From Blasia pusilla (lineage: Eukaryota): 64,000 nucleotides of DNA. The stretch spans positions 930,001 to 994,000 of the forward strand of contig CM114271.1 of assembly GCA_050084515.1 (NCBI GenBank). The letters run 5' to 3'. Positions 54,001 to 64,000 of the stretch are shown here, one piece after another (positions within the stretch are counted from its first letter, which is position 1; each line of letters opens with the position of its first letter). Both the position numbers and the translations under genes were made by a program. The notes below the pieces were generated by a model. The model saw nothing but the letters and a program-made list of their open reading frames with translations, made no database searches and was not told the DNA's origin.

Positions 54001-57000
54001 TAGCACTGGTACTCAATGCTATACCTGACATAGAGGGTCGCTCCACCGCAACACCCTCATCCATCTCAGCACGTGTAGCAGTAACACCCCCACGTTCACA
54101 CAACGTGGCTGCTAGCTGAAATACAGAAGCTAAGTCAACTCCCAAAGCCATCAGCTCCGTGGCCGAAAACAATGGGGATCCCAACACTGAAGTTGCCATC
54201 CGCAATACTGCACTGGATGCTCCATCCGTGTCTACTACACGCAATGTAGATGCCTCAGTCCCCACTTTTGGCTCAATAGGTTGCGTAGGAACCATGGATG
54301 GAGTTCTAATTACCTCAGACAACAAGAATAATTGGGGAAGCCTAGCCTGCCTCCCAGCCTCACTCCTCTGTGGGTCCAACTCCACAGTAGCACCACGTGG
54401 CTTTGACGCTCGAGTGGCTCCTCTCGTAACTGCAATTGATGCCTCAACCTATGCTGCACTCGCCATATAAGAGAGATCATCCCCTCCATAAGAGGTGGAA
54501 GTCCGTGCTCCCGAACTCGAACTATTTGGATACCACCATAGTAGCCAACTCGCTCCAATCTGCTCAATCCTGGCACCATAGCCGACTCAGAGTGGTAGGG
54601 GTGGCCACCGTAGGCTCTCCAACCATTGGTCCACCTCTACCACCCCTACCACCTCTACCACCTCGGCCTCTCGGAGCTACTCCACCACTGCCGCGGCCTG
54701 ATCTCAACTCTGGATAAAGATCAAAGCAACGTTCTCGAGGATGACCTGGTCTCCCGCAATGATCACACTGAGTTTGGGCAGACTGAGGCCCATCCTCCAA
54801 AGTCCGTCTCCCATCCTCTTAGGGACAAAACTTCCTAACATGATCACCTCCACATATCCAACATCACTGTCCTTGCTGCGGGGCAGCAAATGAAGGCAAT
54901 GGTCTCTGCACAAGTGTCCCTCTAGGACCTGACTGAGGTCGAGTGTACCCCCCATGACTCCCACTACTACTACCACCACCACTACTACGAGACTGTGAGG
55001 TGGGCCGCTAAACACGAAGTAGTAGTTGTATCCCATCTTGAATGCGGATGTCACCACTCTCTCTTTCACCATGTTAAGCTCAATCTTCTTAGAAAGAGCA
55101 AACACATGGGTCAATGTGGGTGAATCATCACTCATAAGAGTAGCATCACGCACCTGTGGCGCAACTCTTGTCCAAGATCCCATACCAAAATCGGATCGCT
55201 TGAGCCTCGTCACACCTTGGCTCCGGCCCGGCTCGCACTGCATTACCACTCAACGTCAGCCGGGCCGGGCATAGTAGGAGCACTACTACCAATACCACCA
55301 TGGGTGATAGATACATAGCCACGAGACCAATATTGTCTCCATGCCTCAATCTCAACAACATGGTCCTTCCTAAACTCATGGTAATCATCCATGGGTGGTC
55401 CCTCCAAGTCTTTGAAACAACCCCTTCCAAGCCAAGAAGGGTGTAAACAACGCATGTTCCGCAACATCGCATATCACACCACGTATCAAACTCCTGCATG
55501 AAGTCCTCCAACTCAATGGTGCCCACTGTACCCGAGTATCGTCGTGAGCCCTTCATGGCCCCATATATCCCGTCCATGTCCCAAATCAATGGAGCTGCAA
55601 CACTCGATAACAACGTAGAAGACTCGAAGTTTGGAACACCCTCGTCCTCTTCTTCATCAACCGTCGGAAGTGGAAAAGGTAACCGATACCTAAATCCACT
55701 CTGTGTGAAACCACCACTGTCCGCACCACGGTCCCCAACTAGACCACCCGACAGCTCCGTGATGACCAACGCCGATGCCGCACCACCACCAAATTATCAC
55801 CACTAAGTAACCAAGTAACGTCGATGTCGCTATATTATTCTAGCTCTACTAGCTATGGGTGTAGGCAACCTAACCTGTCATCACCACAAGAAGCCTCCCA
55901 CGGTCATCACTCCAGCCTCACTACCGGTAGCACACAGGAGTAACTCTACTCTGGAAATGAGGGTCAACCCTAACAATGGGCGCGCAAGCAAGAAGCAACG
56001 ATGGAGGGGATCCAAACACAGGAAGTCCAACGACAACCCTCCAATCGCAAATGGAAATCAAGGTAACACAATCCACCAAACGTGGCGCCCCCTGAATCCA
56101 CAGAACCCACCACACAATTCTAACGCAATAGTTACTCCGCCGCGGGTCAATGACGTGCTAGTCGAACTTGCAGCACCTGAAAATATCACCTGCATGGAGA
56201 GGCTACACCGTACTATGCGCTAGAGGTCCATCAACCAAAAACCTGAGATGCATAAAGCGCCTAACATCTCTCCGAACAACACCAAATTAGCTATAACAGT
56301 GTGTACACTGGCATAGTTAAGAACTCAACTGTTAAGCGTCTTCCAGGTAGAATAGCCCAAAGATGGGTGACCAGTTATGCAACACTCAAATCACAATTAC
56401 TCAGCAAATCCTTGACCAAAATTGAATCTGTTTCGACCAGAATTCAATTGACCACCATAGCTATCTCTCCACAAAAAATTAGCTACAACCAAACTCTGTA
56501 CTCCGAGCTAAAAATCAGACAAACTTGCTGTCCATACACCTCAAGAATCGCAAATCCGACAGTGCTTCCGCCCAGTTTCATGCACGTAGAAATCTGCAAC
56601 GCTCCACACACTCGAGCAGATAGCTTCACATGAGATCACAATACAAGTAGCAACAGGAACCTCTCACCTGATCTGGATGAACTTCAACAGAGCTTCCGCA
56701 CTCCAAGCTCTCCACATCAAAAAACCGTCGAACACGAACCAGAATCTTCAATCCTTGATAACTTCCAACTCCCTTGACGAAAACCAGCGATCTAAAGCAT
56801 GTTGGAAAGCTCTCAGCAAGGCGCTTCTTTCCCAACCAACCACGCACTAGATTCACACCTCCAACATAGGCCACAAGCCATGAACATCCACGGCTGAGTA
56901 TACAATCAACCCTAACCAGATCTTACTGATCCACAATTGAAGCCACCATCGATCTACGTCAGTTCTTTGAGTGAAATCTGTGAAAGACCTACTATCATAA

Positions 57001-57338
57001 AACACGTATAGAATCACATACAATCGAGCCAAACCCACTCCACGATGGGAGAATCTAGGTCGAAGCTTGCGGGAAACACCATAGCCAAGAGCTCTACTCA
57101 CTACCAAGGCTAACTCCCAACGCAACAGGCTCAACTCAATGAACTGACTGTTCTTTGAGTGCACTCCACCTTATATCCTCCAACCTAAGAGCGGGCCCTA
57201 CTGAAAAGTCACCCTCAATTGAGTAACCCCCAACCCTATGTATGAAATCGCATCTCTACCTAGAAACTACGACCCTACATAAGGTATGGCCTCTACTAGC
57301 ACACTATACTCTACGACATAATCCGTATGGTCATGACA
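48019..57338 (-). mobile_element. E4: Ty3/Gypsy-DNMT retroelement (family 2), structure A-int-B-27bp-A-GT-B
   Basis: A = 56972-57338 and 48126-48492; B = 48520-48622 and 48019-48123; PPT at ~48625-48635; PBS at 56958-56971. The flanks ATTT(T)/ATTT fit a 4-bp TSD if one extra T is allowed. Confidence 0.9.
48795..55770 (-). pseudogene. E4 gag-pol (gag, protease, MTase ~52160-53115, RT, RNase H, integrase, PHD)
   Basis: ORFs: 53597-54385 (VLLDSSAQP); 52444-53073 (WPCQG, YILENV, AHCPRLWWTNL); 51022-51828 (YIDD); 50135-51076 (RNase H); 48789-49148 (complete C4HC3 PHD). Confidence 0.92.
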
Positions 57339-57455
57339 ATTTACACAAAATCATTTTCAGATATGATCACATGTGTGTATATTATTAATGATGAGAGTAG
57401 TTTTCAAAATTATGAGTTTTGTAGATGAAAATAAGAATATATGTTTTGTGGCGAT

Positions 57456-58106
57456 TGTCGTGCGCATACACATCGCTACACAACATACATCGTTGTTATC
57501 GAACACACACACAAACAGGCACAATCCCATGCTAACTCATGGCGTCCAAACAACGAGACAAGAAGTATTACAATATCTCCAATAAAGTAAGATCTAATCT
57601 CTCTCAACATCTTACACCATAGCTCTCAAAGGTGTGCACTGTCACGTGTCTCTCTCAATGTCAAACCAAACCCACTCTCCTAATGAGAGGCTTGGGTTAC
57701 ACACACAAGAAAATCAAGACCATAACTACGCCGCCTCATGCCAAGAGGTTCAACAAAGAGAGAATGAGCTCTCAAGCTCTCTCTCCTTGAGGTATACCCC
57801 TCCCCTCTCCCAAGCTCTCTCCATGGTAACCTATTCTCCCAAGTTACCTCCTTGGCTTTTGACCTCATGTAGGAGGTCAAGGACCACTTACAAAAAATAG
57901 AAAGTCGATCATATACTAAAAAATGGTACTTGCCTAAAATTGTAAGTTACTCAATATGGATCCGAATGAGCCGAAACGAAGGGGAAACCTGCTCTCTCAG
58001 GTTTCTCGGGGCCTCAGCAGGTCATCCTCGACCTACTGAGCCTATCCTCCACTATTCATAAAGGTGCTCTACTACATCTCACCAATCTATCCTAAAAGAC
58101 GTGACA
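57456..58106 (-). mobile_element. Short A-B type (solo-LTR-like) element of a related family
   Basis: On the minus strand it runs tgtcacgtc...gatgtgtatgcgcacgaca, with a CGAT/CGAT 4-bp TSD (57452-57455, 58107-58110). Confidence 0.75.
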
Positions 58107-58158
58107 CGATCTATCTTGTATAACAATATGTTTTCATGGCACAAAATTATCCCTACTT

Positions 58159-58770
58159 TGTCGTGCGCATACACATCACTACATAACCCACATCACTGGT
58201 CACGTCTACACACCACTCAACACCGATCTGCCCCAACATACGGGTAGATCCACACATAAACGAAATACACTCATGCATATACAGCGAGACCCCACAAAAA
58301 AATTAAGAGTTGTAAAAATGACTCACCCAGCCTAAAAGTCCACTCATAAATCTACATCGGCATATCGAATCACATCCACCCTCTACTATGAGGGAATCCG
58401 AATCCTAGCACCCTAACTCCTACACATCCACACACGTCTATGCAAGATAGGCACTCCTCAGGCTCAACATGAGAAAGATGGCTTGGGAAAGCCATCTTTC
58501 TCACTCTTATATCCTTGGGAAGATCCAAAAGGCTCTTTCCCCAAAATAGCCCTACCAACGGTAACCTGCGTGCATAGATTACCGGATCAACGGGTCACCT
58601 CATAGCCTAAAACCAAAATAGGAAAATTGCCATAAGCGACGTTCCCGACACAACAGACTCATCGCCAACCTCATCCAACATCGCATGATGAAGTTACACC
58701 CAAACAACCCCTTGACTTCCTATGCCGTCGACGCGATAGAACTCTACCTACGTCGAAATAAGATGTGAAA
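58159..58770 (-). mobile_element. Short A'-B' element of family 1 (E1 relative)
   Basis: 58770-~58300 aligns with E1 A' (4465-4910) and ~58295-58159 aligns with E1 B' (11602-11737). The two are directly joined. The TSD is not clear. Confidence 0.8.
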
Positions 58771-59287
58771 AATTTCTCCATCCCTCTACCTTGCTTTATA
58801 CTACATCACATAGGAATAGGATCTAGTGTGTTTTAATTGGGTTTGTGTATCATGAGATCGATTTAAGATATTATATGCACTAATACCAATTGGTTGCACT
58901 TATCATCTAAACTTTCCAAAAATCTTAGGAATCCTTGAAATGAATGATATGTGTAAGCTATTATTTTGAAATCAAGCTAGTATCTTTCTCAATATTACCA
59001 AGAGCTTAAATCTTTGGTTTATCACTTTAAATATTAATGAAGAACTAGTCTATTAATTAGAAAAATAGTCTTTTGTATATGCATGTAGATCATTGTTATC
59101 ATCCATACAACATGATGACAAAAAACCATAATCATACCCATAATATCCTTCGCTATAAACTAGAAAATGAATATCACATGCACTCTCGATAGCTTTTCCC
59201 TCATGTCAAACCAAACCAAATCTCATATTGAGAGACACTTTCAATCGTAACTTCACCACCTAAAGGAAGATGGTTGAACAAAGTGAG

Positions 59288-59289
<2 letters not shown>

Positions 59290-59340
<51 letters not shown>
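59290..59340. repeat. (CT)n microsatellite
   Basis: About 25 perfect CT units. Confidence 0.97.
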
Positions 59341-59343
<3 letters not shown>

Positions 59344-61732
59344 TGGGAGAGAATCCATGGTTGCAAGGCTTAATAAGTATAATCTCTCCCTTGTGACATA
59401 TGCTTACATATAACTTATGTAATCCTATCTTGCACATGATAGTGAGTTAATGAAGACTTTATCAATTAAGAAGTCTACCATATTCTAAATAGGTCATTGC
59501 TTTTAAGTTCCATAACTACCGTAAATCCTTAAAAAAAGAGTAAAAGATATGGCTCTCAAAATTCCACAAGGTAAAAAAATACGAAAAAGATGCTCAAGAA
59601 TTCACTTTCCTACAAATAATGTAGGTCTAAATGTTGTTTGGACATCAAATTTAGCTTGTCCTAAAGTACTTCTATAATACATGGAATTCTTAACATTATG
59701 TATTATAGGACTACCTTAAGAGTATCCTATACACGTAGGGTCCCCATCATCCCAATGAGTTAGACTTGACCTACAAATGTTAGTTCATGACCTCTTTGAG
59801 TCTCTAGGTACACCATGTTGATACTAACACAAATGAGAAGACAACTTGAATAATAATTAAGTTTTGAATATGTTGATGTCACTTCAATTTTTTTTGTACA
59901 TACTAAACTCAATATCATTATATGTGTATAAAAATTCTTGCCTTATTGATATGCATGGTTTTATTTTGTGCTTTATTGTATATTTAAGATTACTTATACA
60001 TTTCAGATTTCTTGTGTAAATGTGTGACCACAAATAGGTTTTAAGTTAACAAATAAAATGATGTGGGTGAAAATTTATGGCAAAAATAATAAGGAAATTT
60101 TGAAGTAGTATAGATTAATATATAGGGTACTCCTATAATACATGGAACTTTTAAAATCACTTTCACTTTTGAGGAAAGAGGAAACTACAAATTTTCTTAT
60201 CTTATGGAAGGAGGTTCTCAAGGCATTGACACATCACGATCATGTCTTCTATTGATAATATATAATTAATTGATGATGAATTAAGAACCTAAAAAAATTT
60301 GTAAATAAAATGAAACCCTGACATGAGATTTCTCATGTACTACTTTCTTATGGTCTATCTTGTATGTTAACTTTAACTTGTGTGTTAACTATTACTTTTG
60401 ACGAGAAATGAATTTTCCAAAATATCTTTTCAACTACATGAGAATGATCCACAAAGGCGAGGCTAATATATGATATGCCTTGCCATAGGGTGCATAGAAG
60501 GGAAGACTATTAGTGACCTATATAATTGGGCAATTAAAGTTTTATAGGTTAACACTCTTATTGGAGAATGACTTCTCAATTTGAAAATATCTTCATACTT
60601 GACCCATGGTATGGGACTCCAAAACAATGTTCATATGGGATTAACAACAAAAACAAAGTCTCTCTTTAACCTACTTCTACTCTTCCATCCTTCCTCTGAA
60701 AAGTTAGGTGGACCCCAAAACCATAGGAATACGGGAGTATACCTCTCCGCGTCAATGTTTTGGGAGGCAATTGTCACGGTTGAAGTGCGAAGGGGAGACC
60801 CTTGGAGTAACCAATTTAGATCTGTGTCTCTTAATAATAAATAAATAAAACACCGCACGAGGCGCAAAGTCAAAGTGTTGTAAGCCACTTTCCTTTCATG
60901 TATGCTTCCTTGCAAAGATACTCATGTACTGAAAAGAGCCCTATACATGCACCACTTCAAATGTCTTTCCATTGCATGATAGGGAAACCCTAAATTGAAA
61001 GCCCAATCAAAATAGAGCCCTATGGAAGCACCATTTCAACTTTGCTCATCCTTTCTTTTGCATGATAGGCCACAAAACCCTAAAGATAATACTAAAAAAT
61101 AGCCGTATGAAGCTGATAAAATTGCCACTTCAACCTCCATCCGTCTTTTGCACAAAAGGATAGACCTTGACCCAAAACCCGAAGAGGGCCAAGTGGAGTC
61201 ACCACTTTCACATCAAATATCTTTTCTAAGATGGAAATGACCCTTAGACCATACACCAAAAACCCCAAGGTTGGCCTAGTATGTGCCACATTGTTATAGA
61301 AGGGAGTGGGTTCATTTCATTCCAAGAGACACCGTACATACGCAACGACCTCTGAAGAAATTTTACATGCACTAGTGACTTATCTTCGTGTCTAGAAAAA
61401 GGGAATTTACAAAGTGGGCATGATTTCTTTGGAAGAGAATTCAACTTCCATGACTGAACCCTTAACCACTACGGTCATCTTTCCTGCTTATGAAGAGGTC
61501 ATAAGCATACTCAATGGAAGCAGCCACGAATTCATTGCCCGAGCTAACATGCTCTTAGTTTTCTAGATATGGAACTGATTTTGACAAAGAGGAGTGCGAG
61601 AAGTTAAAAATGGCTAAAATCGGAAGTTGCACTAAAGTAGCCATGTTCATGTCTACTTGTGTGAAGGAGAGCCATTTGAAACGAGTAGTAAAGGCTGTGA
61701 GAAAACAGAATTAGTTTACTTTTCCTCTCAAT

Positions 61733-63858
61733 TTAAAATGGACAATTTCCGTGCTTTTTTGATGGAGTTTGCACAACCTGCACACACATTGAAGAAAAAA
61801 TAGGATGGGAAAATACCATCAAGAAATAAACTCCAAAAGGGAAACTGCAAAAGCTAAGCACCAACATGATCCAACGACCAGGGAGAAATGAGGAAACCAC
61901 CACTCTGAAATCCAAAATCGATTCCCAAAAGCCCATGAACCCCATGACCACACATCATCGACTCATGCTTTAGATGATAGGGAACTTGTGGGGCCTCATT
62001 CATCCAAGATCTAGCACGAGTGGCAAGATATGGCGCACCTTTCCACGAAGAACTTTGAGCTCTGCGCATAGGCGAGATCGAGTATCTTGAGGTTTGATGA
62101 TATCGTCAATGTAACCGAGACTCGCTGCAACATATGGGTTGTTGAATTTTTCTTCATACTGCCGGATTTGCTGGTCTATGTTGTCTATCCCTCTGTATAA
62201 AATCTCTGACGCACCCTGAGTGACAAAACAAGAGCAGCCTCATCAACAACGTTTAAGCAGAAAATTATTAAAATGTAAGAGAGAACCATCCTTGTCATGG
62301 AAAGTAGCAAAAAACTAGCACCGTAAAAGCAAGAACCACAAGCTCATTGCTCCATGCAAAGGTACCCTGCTCAACCTTTACAGAAGTGGGAGGAAGACAC
62401 CGTTGTCCTAAACCTGTAAAAGCAACTAAAGGAATTTGGGATGTATCAAGGTTGTATATTTCGATTGGACACCACTAGTTAAGGATTTAGGAAGTAAAAT
62501 ATATGGTGCCTTGTGGGGGCAGCTCCTGGCAAATTTTGACACATCCTAATCCGACGGACTATCACAAGTCAGATTCATACAGCACCAACCAACATGGTAC
62601 AATCCAATTGCCTCTTTCCTATCGTCTAACAAACCTCACTAACTTAATGATGTGCTGATCCTACTTAATGCATGTCCTGAAGGAGCAAGTTGAATGAAGA
62701 AGAGTGAGGAGGTGCACTAGATGACGCACCTTTGCTCCCATTACTGCAATTTCTGCACTAGGCCAGGCAAAATTGGCATCGCCTTTGAGATGTTGTGAAC
62801 TCATCACTGCCAACCAATAAACCGACCAGGATATTGTCACACTGATGAGGAGACTACACCAGTTCCAAGACAAGGATACAAAGCGAAGTTGAAGTCAATA
62901 GTACATCAATTTTGAAGTCAACTCCTTCGTGAGAGAAAGAAGCAATAAAATATACCTACTCTTGTTTCAAGGGGAATGGCATCCATATGGAGAAGTAGGA
63001 AAACTCTCTAAGATTCAAAAAAGGCAACTGGACACATAATATCAGCTAAACCTAAAGAAGCTAAGTTCAGCAGGTGAACATGTACCATCATAGGCACCGC
63101 CATATGCCTTGCGAGTTATGACAGTCACTTTCGGAACAGTTGCTTCAGCATATGCGTACAGAAGTTTGGCACCGTGTCTGATGATACCCCCATGCTCTTG
63201 TGCCACACCTATTGAGAAGCAATCGTTGTGTTAAGTGTGCTTGAAGCCAACCCGATAAACTCTGGGTATGTACCAAAGTTGCACATGAACATGTGTACGA
63301 AGGATTTCTTCAATCATAGTTACCTGGAAGAAAGCCAGGGACGTCCACAAAGGTGATGATAGGAATATTGAAGCAGTCACAAAAGCGCACAAATCTGGCT
63401 GCCTTGACAGATGCATCGATATCAAGGCACCCAGCTCCAACTAATGGTTGATTGGCAACCAGCCCAACTGTTTCTCCACCCATTCTCTGCAAGAAATATC
63501 CAGAACTTCAGTGAAAGTGGTATAGTCAATTCTTACTGGCTACCATTCAAACTGACAAATAATGCAGTTCTGCACTTCTTATGAGTCAAATTGATGGAGA
63601 CGGTCGAATTTAAGTAGGCTGGGATTCCTTGTGGCGGTGAATGACGAGACTGCCACATCGAACTACCCCAAAGAATTCTTGACTGCCACAAAGAGTTCTT
63701 GGAATTTTTCATATGATGAGTAAGACGAGAACCCTTTTTCACTTACTGAAACACATCCCATAACAAAGCTTTATCGAGGGACCACTTACCGCAAAACCAA
63801 CAATGATGTTTTGAGCATAATCAGTCATTATCTCAAAAATTTCAGTATCATCAACTAT
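61733..63858 (-). CDS. PCCB: Propionyl-CoA carboxylase beta chain-like carboxyltransferase, last six exons: 63858-63790, 63486-63324, 63208-63086, 62806-62730, 62215-62039, 61777-61733; 5' part is beyond the window
   Basis: GT-AG introns splice in frame to ...[21 protein letters not shown]...[37 protein letters not shown]...[43 protein letters not shown]...[14 protein letters not shown]...GYIDDII...KKHGNCPF-stop. Confidence 0.9.
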
Positions 63859-64000
63859 CTGCAGCCCCAAGCATATAGGTCAGTTCTTGAGATTTTTAGT
63901 TACAGTAAGCATCTATGTGAGCTTTCCTCACCTTTACCATTAGCTTCAAAAGTTCTTTGTTTCTTTAGCACCCTTAGTTTTTCATCTACTCTCTGGTTGA

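Noticed and set aside
4162-57338. Tyrosine recombinase (DIRS/Ngaro-type) explanation for the split repeats
   Set aside because: I found no YR motif set. The elements encode an HHCC-DDE integrase and make 4-bp TSDs.
61092-61444. Cys-containing minus-strand ORFs (KSCPLCKFP...)
   Set aside because: They are short with no complete zinc-binding pattern or splice support, so they cannot be assigned.

Overview
Intron-containing eukaryotic DNA, most likely from a plant. A bryophyte or other non-seed streptophyte is my inference from the transposon types and a spliced propionyl-CoA carboxylase beta gene. About 55% of the window is four copies of two related families of Ty3/Gypsy retroelements: E1 4162-11737 (+), E2 27127-45608 (+), E3 27618-36919 (-, nested in E2) and E4 48019-57338 (-). 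There are also several short derivatives. The elements are unusual in four ways. (1) A DNMT3-like C5 cytosine methyltransferase domain lies between protease and RT. (2) A PHD finger ends the integrase. (3) The PBS is self-complementary (Tf1-type) rather than tRNA-matching. (4) The LTR is split and circularly permuted. The integrated ends (TGTC...GACA, 4-bp TSDs) fall at a near-palindrome inside the reverse-transcription-defined LTR. This gives the forms A-int-B, A-int-B-A-B, A-B-A-int-B and A-B, as expected if the integrase opens LTR circles at an internal att site. Also present are the 3' end of a CRE-like non-LTR element, two paralogous three-TM protein genes, MITEs and Helitron-like ends, several tandem or dispersed repeats, and the last six exons of a PCCB-like gene. 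All comparisons were made by eye; no searches were run.
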